From: Lingula anatina
Taxonomy: Eukaryota; Animalia; Brachiopoda
NCBI GenBank assembly: GCA_051362555.1
Contig: CM120641.1
Location: 17,484,001-17,548,000, forward strand
Reading direction: 5' to 3'
DNA: 64,000 nucleotides
Below are positions 1 to 13,200 of the stretch, piece after piece; position 1 is the first letter of the stretch; the number at the start of each line of letters is the position of its first letter. The translations under genes were made by a program, and so were the position numbers. The notes under the pieces are model-generated. The model ran no database searches. It was not told the DNA's origin and worked only from the letters and a program-made list of their open reading frames with translations.

Positions 1-187
1 TGGAATCCATACACCTTTTGGCGCGTATGATGAGCAGTTACTTTTTTCAAAATGAAAACATCTCGTCTCTTACGACTATTGCAACCGTTATAGGTTAACA
101 CACAAGGACACTTACTTCTCACGGTTCAAAGAGTAATGGCCATTTTCTGAAAGTTCAATTCTTGAACATTATCTGAACTGATGCTTA

Positions 188-1345
188 CTACAGTCCCTCG
201 TCTTCAACGCCGGTCACATAGGTCCTGCCATTTGTACAGGTCCCATTGTCTTTCTGGCAATCAATGTTAAGTTGTTGTCTCGCCTCGTCATTTAAGTCAT
301 TGCGATGAAAACTTGTCCGTTCAAATTCCACTCTGAGAGACACGGGCGCTCGTCCACAACAGATGATTTTAGCGAATGCTTTTCGGAAGTTCTGTGAGAA
401 AAATGCGTAGAGAATTGGATTAACGCAACTATTCATGTAGGCCAGGCATATCCCGATGATCTGCCAAACTAGAAACACTAATTGCAAGGTAAAGTTGCTC
501 CCTTCGGGAACCGACTTCAGCCGTACCAGGAATAAAATCTGGATCGGCAGCCAGCACAGAGCGAAGATGACCACCACGACCACCACCATCCTGGTCACCT
601 TCTTCTTGGCACGGGTGGATTCCGCAGACCGAGTCCCCACGGAGCGACCGCATAGCAAGCGGCGGAGCATGAGAAAGTAAAGCGTGCACACAATAAGCAG
701 AGGAACTGCGTAGGCAAATATAAAGAAGCACCAGTAAAAAGCCTCTGTTTCTGTAGGAACGTTTGGAGACAGCTGAAGTGTCCAATCCGCGCATCTTGCC
801 CTTTCTTCTCCCTCGTACTCGTAGTATTTCAAGTTGTACTGAAGAAATGACGGTATGTTCACAGCTAGAATAATGGCCCACAGAATCGCGATGGCTATGA
901 TGGTGTTCTTTTGGGTCCGAATGGTCATAGACTTCACGGCGTGAACTACAGCCAGGTAGCGGTCAAGAGACATAAGTACGAGTGTCCATACACTGGCCCA
1001 CGCAGTGACATGAACCACATAATACATTAAACTGCAGAAAAGTTTCCCAAATGGCCAATAGCTATAGATATATGAAAGTGCGGTAAAAGGGACACAGAGA
1101 ATGATAAAAGATAAGTCAGCCACCGCTAAGTTCATTATCAAAATATTGGTGGTATTCCGCATTTGTTGGTTGACAGCGACGACTACAAGCACCAAAACGT
1201 TGCCGACAAAACCACATATTGTTATTAAAGAGAACACCACACCGACGGCCACATGTAACGCCGTTTCACTGTAGGAATCTTCAGAGTCCGTGTTGTTCGT
1301 GGAGTTATCTGCTGTGAAGAAAGTGGTATTTATGTAGTCCTCCAT
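188..1345 (-). CDS. AstA-R: Allatostatin-A receptor-like (galanin receptor family; buccalin-type in molluscs) class A GPCR, 385 aa, intron-free coding region
   Basis: Seven hydrophobic segments with GN (TM1), NLAVAD (TM2), WPFG..C (ECL1/TM3), DRY, CWLP and NPILY. It carries AstA-R-type signatures NQQMRNTTNILIMNLAVAD, CVPFTA, ASVWTLVLMSLDRYLAVVH, KKKVTRMVVVVV and LAYMNSCVNPILYAF, plus N-terminal N-glycosylation sequons and a CC after helix 8. Stop is TAG followed by TAA. Confidence 0.92.
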   Translation of the reverse strand: MEDYINTTFFTADNSTNNTDSEDSYSETALHVAVGVVFSLITICGFVGNVLVLVVVAVNQQMRNTTNILIMNLAVADLSFIILCVPFTALSYIYSYWPFGKLFCSLMYYVVHVTAWASVWTLVLMSLDRYLAVVHAVKSMTIRTQKNTIIAIAILWAIILAVNIPSFLQYNLKYYEYEGEERARCADWTLQLSPNVPTETEAFYWCFFIFAYAVPLLIVCTLYFLMLRRLLCGRSVGTRSAESTRAKKKVTRMVVVVVVIFALCWLPIQILFLVRLKSVPEGSNFTLQLVFLVWQIIGICLAYMNSCVNPILYAFFSQNFRKAFAKIICCGRAPVSLRVEFERTSFHRNDLNDEARQQLNIDCQKDNGTCTNGRTYVTGVEDEGL

Positions 1346-1639
1346 TGCAGTCTGTGAAGTATGAGCCAGGATGGCAAGTATATTATGTGGCTACTGGCAA
1401 CGCAAGTAAGCAAGTAAGTTTTGATACGTCTAGAGGTCAACGTCTGTTAACAAACGTCCATCTTGCGCGCCATATTGACTTTGCATATTACATTACGATA
1501 AAGATGCACACGGGATGAAGGAATTTCTCAGGTGTCCATGCTTGAAGTTGAAATTAAACTGAGTGATCACTTTTTAAATGAATTCCAATTGTTGTGTCAA
1601 TCCACTTCTTGGTGTTACCCTTGGGAACTTGCAGATAAT

Positions 1640-1662
1640 CTGAAAGAAAAAAAGGTAGAGAT
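1640..1662 (-). promoter_or_regulatory. Candidate 3' splice acceptor of the AstA-R coding exon (intron in the 5' UTR)
   Basis: Minus strand has a long pyrimidine tract ending TTTCAG about 295 nt upstream of the ATG. An alternative acceptor (TTTTTTCTACAG) lies near 1790. Confidence 0.5.
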
Positions 1663-4600
1663 GGTTTTACATTAATAAGGTGTTGATACATATATAAGTT
1701 TGATAAAAATATCAGTCCTGGAATTTCACAAAGTTCAAGATAACACATATACAATGATCCTTTTTGCAATCCAACACTGGCATTTATCGCTGTAGAAAAA
1801 ATTCATAACGTTAACAAATACTGCAATCTTCTACCCAAAATACATGTCTGCAGCTGAAGATAAAAACGCCATGATTATAATGTAACTTTTTTTTTTTTTT
1901 TTTTTTTGTCACTTAAGATCTTCGAGGGTTGCCTTTTTTCACAGTAAACATCCGCAGAAAAGGCGCACATTCTCTGTTTAACGAACACAAAATAACACAC
2001 ATAATGTTTTTCCTGAAACCAAACAGGCACTGCAACAGGCAATTTTGGTCAAAAGCACAGAAATAATCACCGCTTGTAATGTACGCCAGGGCAGGACTCC
2101 GCAAATTTGATAGAAATAATGTTGCAAATGTTTAGTAACGAAAGAGGACAAGCTACATGTACCACGTCAGTTTAATATGCTGACAGCGTAACGAAACTGG
2201 TTTTTATATCATATACCATATGGCACCTATATTTTCTTGACGTTCTCTTCTATATTTTTGTGCTACTCAACAAGAATGTAGTGTTTTCAACGCATGGAAG
2301 GAAAGAAAATCTTACCGGAGCGTTTTTAATCAAAATAACGCGCGTTTGCATCTTTCCCCCAGTAAGCGAAGACAGCATACCGTTGGTAGGTTTCCTCCAT
2401 TTCGTATTCTGTAGAGCATGAAGAACTTATAAGACCCGATTACTCTGTGATTACTGACCATTCTTGGCCAACGTGAGACTGGTTGTGGCTTCTCTGCATG
2501 TTCCTAAAGCGACCAGTGGTTTAACGTCATCATCAAGGCGTTGATCTTGGACCACGTTCACAAACAATTATCCAAATTAAAAACCTTGCCAGTTAGTCGA
2601 GTTGAAGTTACCTTTTAACTAATTGCCCAACTCGGTAAATCCAATATAATGAAACGCGTCACATGTATCCAGGGAACCACAATTAATGTTATATTCACAC
2701 CAGGCAAAACAGGTAAAGGTTTTTGACGACTTAATTACTCAACTTGCTGATGTTTAAAAATCCACTGAAATACATGGAATCGTCGGCTGTTTTTCTTACT
2801 AAAGCTTCTCTCCTTAATTGTCTTCTTTTACCTGTGAGTTGTCACAAGTACGCTTGCTAAAGGAAAGACTTACCCCAAACAGCATAATCTTTTTTCTTTC
2901 CATACCTAAATTAAAATGCATTTGCAATAGATACATATGATACCGAGCGCATCCCAATTACACGGTAGACGAAGCTAATGGCGTACCAGATGGCCTTAAT
3001 GGCATTTTTTCTACTGGATGCGGTATCCCATAGGACCCCGGAGCAGGGGTCTCGATGCAAGAGCCGGAGTCTAATCGCATCCAGGGGGGCTTCTCATTGG
3101 TCCCCACAGAACTGCCTGTATCCAACACAAGTTATGAGATAGCGGCGCAACACCGAGGACATCAGGGGCATAAATATGAAAGATGAGTACGCTATCGAAC
3201 AGCGCCCACTCCACGGCAAATAAAGTGATTTATAGTTTTAATCATGTACCATGCGTCAACACCGCCTTGTTGTGTCGATAGATATACTGTAATAGCCATG
3301 AAATGTGAATTGACCCTCGGATACTTGAGACTTTTCACAAAATCTTGATCTCAAATTATTTGGTTGCTTAATACAAATGTCGAATATTCCCTTAATTTTT
3401 TAAAAACATACAGCATTATTATAAGAGAAAACTGACCAAATTATATATGTATCGTCAAGCGATTATGTTATAGCAATCAGTTTAATTAGCCTATTATTAA
3501 ACACGTTTATTGAATCATGGCCTCTAGATAATGTAAGTCATAAGCTAACATAACCCCAGCTATTACATCGCGCACTGTGGTCACAGAGCCAGTTCAGCTC
3601 TTAGTGGTGACAAAGCATGTTAATGAAAGGACCTATTGAAGGACCGACGCCTACCAGCCGCCTTTCTTTTTGAACGAAGCAAGACACTGCAACTATGTAA
3701 TTTTGCAACTTTTTTTAAATTTCGATGTTATTTGCCATAACACAAACGGTATTTACCGATCATAGAAAAAAACCTTCTGTGGAAAACAAAATGATTTTTT
3801 GTTTTTTGCATTTGGAAACAAATTGATTCTGAATGGGGATCTTTTAAACCTATCAAATTATATACATATAATTGATGTAGACGAATGATGCTTCCCTGCT
3901 TCGGGAAACATGGTAATAAATCAACCTCCTTCTAGAAACCACGGTTCTTTTTCCTGCCACTTCTTCATGAACCAGTTTACAACGTGAAGATATCAAATTT
4001 ACATGCAATTCAACTTGTATCAATTAGTCATTTTACCGATGAATTTATGAAATCTGAATAAATGAGAATCGTTTTTACATGATTAGCTGACTGTGTTATT
4101 GAATTAATCAAGACGAAACTGAGATGAAAATTGTGCTTTTTAGTTGATTAATATAGCAATTTAAGTTAGCAGAGATACGCCACCAGAATCTCAATGATAT
4201 TTTAAAAGATAATTGGGTTTTCTTGAAAGGACACAGAAGACAACAATGGTAAAGGTGTAGGAAGCATAGTAATAAAACGATATGTTTGGGTAAATCAAGC
4301 AAAAAAAAGATTATAATGAAATTTTAAAAAATTGAGGTTAATAAAACTAAGCACCTTCAACATGTGCACCAGAAAAACAATAAGTGACAGATCTTGGTGT
4401 TCACTTAATAGCGCAATATAATATCTATATAAGACCCACGGAGTGGTGGGTAGACTATAAACAATATTGCTTTAACATTAATAAGATTTATTTTTCGTGT
4501 CGTTGTAAATTACAAAGCTTCTAAGGAAAACCATTCGGTCCCCTAAGGCGTCCTATTCAAACTAAACGATATCACTGTTATCAATTTTCGAGATTGATAA

Positions 4601-5478
4601 TACATTTACTCGAATTAAGTCGTTCTGCCAATACGATATTTTCATTTTTGCCAAGTATTACATTCAATCTTACCATTCTTAAAGAATGTTGCAACCATAA
4701 AACTCCAGTTTGTATAGAAATACTTCAGTCTTTCCATTCCACATCGATATCCCGTGATAGGATTTGGCAATGAAATTGTTTTGATACCATTGGCTTTCAT
4801 TATTGATTTTCATCTGTTGCAACGACACTGTATTTTGCCTACATGTACATGTACCAGTACTTCTTCGTTTATTGCCCCAATTCCTTGAAATTAAAGGCCA
4901 CTGACATACATAAGCCCCGCTGTATTAATTACTACCTTTGTGCAGCCGAGTGGTTAGTTTTTTGTTTCTGGGAATGATTGATGACATTCGCCATGACCTC
5001 CTTCTTTGCTTCTCATTATTTCTCAACTTTCAGATGACACATATAAGGTAAAACCCAATTTATTGATATCATTAAGGTTGCTTTCAGTGACTCGGAACAG
5101 AGTGGCAGATGATGACGCTAATGATGATGATGATGATGCTGACAGAATTTTCTTTGTGTTCCTTTCAATACAGCAGTCAACTCAAAGATTTGAAGATTTC
5201 GACCATACACGTGCATCCGGTACATGGTGTATGGCTGTCAAAGAGTTACAAAACCGATTTCTACCGTAATGAAGGTCACTGCTTGGCTCTAGATGTATCC
5301 TTTTAGCGCATGGGGCACTTAAACTTGAACTATATGATTAGTACATTGGCCAGGAAAAAAGTTCAACCAAAATGATAATGATAATATATGAAATAGAAGT
5401 TTTGAATCGGAAAGACATTAACACTCTATACATGTCAGTGTCAATTGGGAGAATCAAAATATTTGTTATTAGTCATGA

Positions 5479-5479
<1 letters not shown>

Positions 5480-5544
<65 letters not shown>
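5480..5544. repeat. (CT)n microsatellite
   Basis: Read directly from the sequence. Confidence 0.95.
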
Positions 5545-5547
<3 letters not shown>

Positions 5548-8500
5548 CATATGCATTTGAATGCTACTTTCATTATTGCTAGCCTAAGCATAACTTATCT
5601 TTATGGTGCACCTTTTTATACGGTAAAGACAAAATGTCTTGTTACTCAAATGCAATAACCCTAACTGAAAAATGTATTCTTTTTATATCCCTACTCTACA
5701 TACCATGTATCAAGAGGCACATAACTGGAGTGAGGTTTATTTCTTCCAACTATTATAAGGGAAAACGTTTTACTATAAGAAAAATTATCACATATCCAAT
5801 ACTTTCTTTCAGCACTTAAATGTACCACACTCTTAACAGATTGCACCCTTAGCTGTTTTCACTAAGAATAAGTTCGAATTTAATACGAACCTACACAGGG
5901 ACAGAAAAAGGCTGGATGGGAGAGAGGATATATGATGATATGCTGATGGACCTTCCATCCGATGATCGCTTTTGTGTGTTTTAAACCCCTGTAGGACCAT
6001 TGATAGAGTGTGCCAAATTTCGTTTTCCGAGCGGTTTCCAGGTCGCCAGTGTAACGGGCTTTAATATCCTGACACATACAGAAATAAAGAATGTAGGCAG
6101 ATATGGACTCAAACTAGTGCTTTATTTTCACCAATTCTGATTTTTTTAATCTTTATCATTCACTTAATGCTTTTGCATTGTATTTTATATAATGCATTTG
6201 AAATGCTTTACCCTCAACATATCACAACATGCCGTGCACGGAATTAAATGCAAGATTCTATCACAAATAGTTTTTTCAATAAACCTATGAATTAAATAAA
6301 TGTCATCTAATATATATGAATATTGTCAAACACATTAAATCTGTTTCATTTCATGTTTGTCAGTCAGTTACAGTTATCTCTGTTTTTGACAACATCGGAG
6401 TGTCATGACTGTTTTCAAAACTAAACACGAAGCTGACTTTGTATGCTGCCAACAATAAACACAATTAATTGAGCTGGAATTGAGAACACTTAATCCTTAG
6501 ACTATGTAGATCTCTTAAACTACCTCACATACATTCTAGAATAACCTCTCTTGGAGATACCATGAAGGGTGGCCTCAGGCTTAATGGTTCGATTCAAAAC
6601 TATAGTAAACATTATTTAAAAAAAGGAACAATGCGAACCTCTGTTAGACAGTTTTGAATAGTAATTTTGGGAAACGACATTATAGCGCATCTAGCTCATT
6701 TAATCACGTATACCAGGAAATCTATCCCTATTAAAGGCCCATTATTTGATATATAATTAACGAGAGGTGTTATTCTCTCATTCCTGTTACATCAACCCAT
6801 CAATTTCACCAAGTTAGTGACGGCTTCAACTTATCACAATATGCGTTTTCGTCTCATTAGGGCCGTGAACGGATATCATCCAGCTAATACCTTTAAAATA
6901 CTAATTTTAAATACACGTTTCGAGTCTGCAATTATAAAACTCCCGTAATCTCACGGGAAATTTAATTTGACTCGTCGCATTCAATCATATATACAAAATA
7001 AATCATAGTACAGAACTGAATAAAAAACGCGATGGGAGTACTGTTCATAACTTAGTTACAATACACATCATATTGACTTTAAAGAGTGCAAATGCCTGTT
7101 TTTAGTTAAATCTTTCCCAAAATGATCGTCGTGTATTTCATTTTTATGACAGTGTGATCTTGCACACATATATATGGCCCCCATCTCCTATGTCCATGTG
7201 CAACATAAATTCCTGTGCCGTATTCTTTTTCATGTGTATATTCATTATACTGTTAATCCTAAACAGAAAAAAATAAACCAATGTCCATTTATTATTCAAT
7301 GATATGTGTGTGGAATGTGTTTTGTTGATTGTGAGCCTCAATATAACCACCCCATGTTAAGAGTATTGTCCCCCCCCCCCCCCCATCTCAGCGTGACGCT
7401 AATCCAAAACAAATAAAAAAAACACATTCTTTCGGTTTATTCATTCATCAGAAATACAAACCAATTTTTAAAAATTGGGCTGCTTAATTAAACAAGAAAA
7501 TGTTTTCTTACTGGTACAGGTAAGCCTCGCCCTGGATTATGACACACTTAGGTAAGGCTAACCCTAACCATTATAACTTTATGTCACACGGACTCTCAGT
7601 TTCGTTACAGCGGTACACACTTTGTACCAGCGATTTAGTGATATTACTTTAACAGTTCCCTTTTGCAACTTTTCAGTATTCTAGCCTAATACTTTCTAGA
7701 ACAGAAAATGAATTAGGCGATTATTCTCCTTCTTTTGACGACCGAGTCACCTTGTCACATTACCCTTAATTGGAACCAGGTGCCGCAGTGAAAACACCAG
7801 AAAAACAGGAAAGTACTAGAAAATGTGAGAACGGCTCGGAAACCATTGATCTAAAGCAACAAACACGCATCTGCAGTGTTGTAGAGACGGTTTTACCATT
7901 TCAAATTTGTCCAAGCCGCTTTTTCACATATCGACAGCACTCCATGGTCATCAAATAGGCAAATTACATTTGAGGGCCTTCATAGGATCTACCTGCCATT
8001 GATGCTCATCAGAAACAGTTAGCAGATTTATGACTTCTACATGTCTTCTTTTCAAAATAATCTTTCTTTTCTATAAGAATACAGAGATAGCAAGCGTGAG
8101 TGCACGTACGGCCATATTATGAAGTCCCTGTGTCCGTCTAATGGCGCATGGCATTCAGTTGCTACAATTTGTGAACAGTAATATCAAATGTAAAACAATG
8201 AAGTTCCAGGGTGAAGTTTATGAGTGGACTTCAAATATAAATGTCTAAAATTTTTCTGTATTGACTGCTGTAAATTGTGGTGTTTTAACATGAATTACAC
8301 CACAAACCAATCCTATCCGTTGATGCTTTCTCACTGATCCGCGAATATTAACCAACACTGGACGAATGTCTCAGTGCATACTGATATAGCTAGTTTTCTT
8401 TGATATATAGTCTTAAACGATTGATCAAAACATAGGGAAACAGATTATCTACACACCGACTTGTGTGACTTGTCGCTTATACTACTTTTCCAAAACCACT

Positions 8501-8907
8501 TTCGTGTCTGTTTTCAGGTAATTAGGTAAATGACAATGAAGTTGTGACCAAAACCATGGAATGGGGGGGGGGGGGGGGGGGGGAGAAATCTAGTGCATTG
8601 TTTGCCGATGATACTGGCATACACATACTTCATGACATTCTACGCAAAGCATTACCCTCGTTTATGTAATTATGTTGTTTATGTTGAATGGTAGCACTGG
8701 TTCAGAAGTCTCATTATTGCAATTGACACGGAGTTATCCCTAGCTGCAGCTGCCACTTAGCCATAAATCAAAAACAAATTTCAAGACGAAAACATTCATC
8801 CATCGTAGTGATGTTAAATCTCATACACCAAAAACAAAACAACATAAAGGTAATAACTCAATACGTGCAACTACTTTGTTTTGTGTAAAAAATAAGAAAA
8901 ATATGTA

Positions 8908-8908
<1 letters not shown>

Positions 8909-8944
<36 letters not shown>
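8909..8944. repeat. (CA)n microsatellite
   Basis: Read directly from the sequence. Confidence 0.95.
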
Positions 8945-8948
<4 letters not shown>

Positions 8949-10101
8949 GGTGTGTTGAGTAGGCGTTTGCACTGAGTTACCCTTCAGCCCAGTGCATAAT
9001 CATATACGGCCCTACATCTGGACTAAAAGCAAATTAATTGGTTCTCTGAAAAAATAGTCTGACAATGTTGATTACTATGAAATTCATATGGAAGTCAGTC
9101 AAGGTTATGAAGGCGACAGTAAATAAAATTAAAACGCGAAATAAAACGGATTTGACCAGACGAGTGACACGTTGGATCCTATAATCTGAAGTAACTATTA
9201 ATTATTTTTCTGGGAATAATTAATCGTATTTGCTTACTTAGTGAAAGCTTAGGGGCGGAGCAGGACGAAATCGTATATTCGTGTTTTAAAATACTGCTAA
9301 TCGCCTGCTGACTAACTGAAGGGGTTTGTAGCTCAGTTAACACCAGAGGGGATCTTGAATGTAATTTAACAAAAATGTTTAATGTGCGGATTATTTTCCT
9401 ATCATTCCAACTGGTCAGCATTTCTCCGAGGATAAAATGATTATATGTACTGGCAAAACATCAATTATCTTGCAGTAATTAGGTTCAGCTGGCAGCGGTA
9501 CTTGAAAAATCTGATTATTTTAAGTCAAACAAAATTCGCGATGAATGTATTAGTGGAACTCAGATTTCCTTGGCATGGTGTTCCAGTGAGTCTTAGCGAT
9601 GTGGCTTTGAAGTCTTACAAACTGGCAAGGAAGTTATTACCGCTGCTGCTCCCCGGTGCAGATGCATTTCGCCAAGAAAGAGAAAATAGTTCCAGAGCCT
9701 TAAGGACATTGCCCAGTTCCGCTAGCCTACCTAATGACCATGGTCTTTTTACCACTGCCCCTGCGAGAGCATGCATGGTTCGACTGTATGCTGAATTAAC
9801 ATATTTAAGACATAACCATCTCCCTTAAAGAAATATATTGTCCATTATTTTACTTCCAATAGAAACATACGGCATCGATTGGATACTCTCATCCCCCAAA
9901 TGCGAAGAAATTACAAGTGTAAGATTCATTTTATGGCTGTAATGGATGGACATGATTAAAAAGCTTGATCAATTAGTCAATCAGGGAATCCATCAAATTC
10001 ATTCACAAAGGCGGCGAAGCGATGGAAGTTACAAGGAAATACCCAAAGTAGAGAAAATAAAGGTTTATATGTCACGCGTGTTTCATGAAAGGGTCAGAAC
10101 C

Positions 10102-10257
10102 GGTGTGACAGGAATGGATGTCCGGGGTGCCATATTATGGTTAGCATAGGTTAGAGTCAGTCGGGGTTTTGGGGTTAGTATATGGGGCAAATTCTACCTG
10201 TTCAAAGTAATGGGGAACAGTAAACGGTTCCTAGAGGACCACCATTCCTGTCACACC
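10102..10257. mobile_element. Small inverted-repeat element with internal GGTTAG-like repeats (MITE or Helentron-associated type)
   Basis: Perfect 16-bp inverted repeat GGTGTGACAGGAATGG (10102-10117) / CCATTCCTGTCACACC (10242-10257). Internal degenerate GGTTAG units. No clear TSD. Confidence 0.6.
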
Positions 10258-13200
10258 TGGTAACTCATAACATGACGGGAAGACAACAGATTACGGCACC
10301 CGGGTTCCTAGAAATGACGAATTCAGGATTTAAGTCAGAAGTGAGGGTAACAAGGGGGGGGGGGGGAGGCTTCAAACGGGTAGAATCAAAATGATATTAC
10401 AGAAAGTTAAGTGTAGGAGCACTTGTCCATTGTGCTTTCGAAAACCGCCTATCTAACTATATTGTCTAAAAGCAGTTGACGGCGAGACGGGAAACAGCCA
10501 ATAACAAATCCGTCGGACTGATTGACCAGTCTGCCTGAGTGTCACAGCAGGTTAGCCCGCAGCATGAAGTAGAGACAATCAAAAGGCACATCAGTGGCAT
10601 TGGTCGCGCTCACTCTGATATCATTTGTATGCATTGAAGGGAAATAATAAGTGTGCCGTGGCACAGCAAAAACAGGCTGCACACTGATTGATCTGCTGGG
10701 GTCTAACAGATTAACTTTTTCGTATGAAGAATATACGGCAGCTGATCACTTGGTGTCGGAAAACAATATTTCTCTACTGTCATTCCTATTATGTTACGTA
10801 TATATGCCCTTCTGGATAATGACAAAAGTTTAATACATCAACAGAGAAGGTATGATGAGGCTATTAATAATAAAACAATCGGAGACTGTTAAGAAGCAAA
10901 TTCTTAGACTACGACAGCAAAGTCCATCATTGTACATGCACATGTCAATTGTTTAGACTCACTTGTCATCAAGTATACCTAGCAGGCTTACATTCAGGTA
11001 ATTCACATCGGGGCCTTTGTAGCACTAATGTCAAATGGCAGGCTTTAAATCCATATTCATAATTTTATGCTGCCGCAGGCTGGCTGTATATCCATGGAGA
11101 TTTTCCATTCAATTTTCAATCAAGAACATGGTTAACACAACAGCATGAAATCAAATTTGACCGCAAAATGAAGCAGTGGTCGTGCATTTGAAAAGCTAGA
11201 AAACAAATACCCTGTCATTGACATTGTGCCATTTTATTACATTACAGTTCATTTGCAGTTTCTCATATTTTATTGGAAGTAGACACACTGTGATTTTATT
11301 TCAGAATTCAGTGGGGCACAGTGTACTTCCTAACTGCTCTTTCGTGCCTCAAACTCCATACACAATCTTATGAACGGCACACCTGAAGAGTGACGTTCTG
11401 CTTTGGTGCCTCTATTGAATTAAATGTCTGAACCCTCCTACCATTTTATGCCAATTGAAGTAAACGGTTAACAGCCACTAAATATCATACGAAGTTACGT
11501 CATTTAGATGTCATGAGATAGAATCTAAAATTGGAAGATCTATATAACTGACGCACTAGTATTACTGATTAAAAGAGATTTAACTTGGATTTGATTACTT
11601 TATGTTGGGTTGGATTACAAGGACTGCAATCTTGGGTTGGATTACAAGGCATACAAGTTGAATATGCTGAGATTAAATTGATATGATACTGAAAGTATGT
11701 AGTAACGTGTACTTGTGGTACAAAGAATAAAATTGGCTCTGATATACATACAAGACAAATACATATATCACCATGTGCAGCAAGTTCTTTTTTCAGTCAA
11801 CTTGAACTGGAACTCAGTTATTCAAGAATTTCCCTTGGTCGATTTCAAACATTACCTGATATAACCAGGTTTTCAAAGGACGTCTAATCTAAAGTATTTA
11901 AAAGTGAAATCTATATTAGTAGATCACAGAAGTCTTCTAAATTCAAGGCTATTAGATCATTTACCATTGCAAACGGACTAAATTCCCCCGTGATCTAAAT
12001 CAGGTTGGATTCTTTGGTCGTTATGCAGTGGCTTCAATTCTGATAAAATACCAAAGTCAAGTTAGATCGATTCCCACTAACATTTTTTCTCCTTAGAAGT
12101 ACATGATTACATTTTGTTGCAAGAATACAAAATGTGTGGTTTCATGTTCCTATCTTATTGTTTGAAACCAGACTGAAACATCCGTAGAAAAACTTTTTAA
12201 ATAGGGTAGGATACCTTGTTTGGAAAAGACCTCTATCACTAATGAGATATAAATAGCCAATATCCTTGCTTGTGTAGGAAATAATTGATAATCGTCTGCT
12301 TTAGCGTCATTCAAATGCGACAACAATTTGTTCCTATCATTCTGAATTACAACTAAATGGAAATCACCAGAGAAAGCCGAAAGTCTCGCGACTTACCGAT
12401 TCTTGCGGGATTTGTGGGTGAGTGTGGTCAAAAATAATGGCAGGCTAACGAGTGCGACAACGAATGAAAACGGACAGAATTTATGATATCGTATTTTTCT
12501 GGTTAGTTTTTCTGAAGTTCTGCAGAAATGCAGTCTTTTTCAAACCATTACGATTTCACCATGTCTTTCATGTTTGCTAAAACGACATTTTACCCTAATC
12601 ACTGAAAAGGTAACCCCACCTCACGCGGATTCTCGCGCTAATGACGTGATGCAGTTCCAGCAGTCTATTTATGGGCTTTTTCGTATGGTTTCCATTTTCA
12701 CTCAATCGTCTCCAAAAGCAGACACGTATTTCCTACCACTCCACCCCGTCATTCAAAAACATTTACCGTTATCATAGGCATGTAATCAAATCATGTAGGG
12801 TCCGCAAACTGTAGAAGTTTCTAAATCAAAATGAATTAACTCGACAGAAATTGAGGGGTTTTGGCGAAAGCTCAGTAATGCTGTTGTCACTTTTTCGCGG
12901 TTGAGCGCGTGCTAATGTTCAAAATTCGATGGCACTGCATCACGCTTCAATGAAGCCAAAGTGTCCCATTAAGGGGTGAAAGAAGCGGAAATATCGAATT
13001 TGGTGCAGTGAACAAAAAAGTGTGCTTGCATCTCGAAAAGCACGATTTCGTTATCCAAGCTCATGCCCCATTGGGCTCGGCATCCTGTGACATTTTGAGC
13101 TCCTGCAAATGGGGCTGTTAGTCAGCCAAACGCCATACTAATCCATTTCAGCTCGGAGGTAGGTCCCACCTCGCCTTCAACCCATGGGACGCTTGATGTA

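Noticed and set aside
429-881. 150-aa alternative-frame ORF and antisense ORF 456-680 inside AstA-R
   Set aside because: Shadow ORFs of a real CDS with no recognisable domain.
11605-11649. 18-bp local direct repeat TTGGGTTGGATTACAAGG (similar small duplications at about 30580 and 39590)
   Set aside because: Ordinary replication-slippage duplications.
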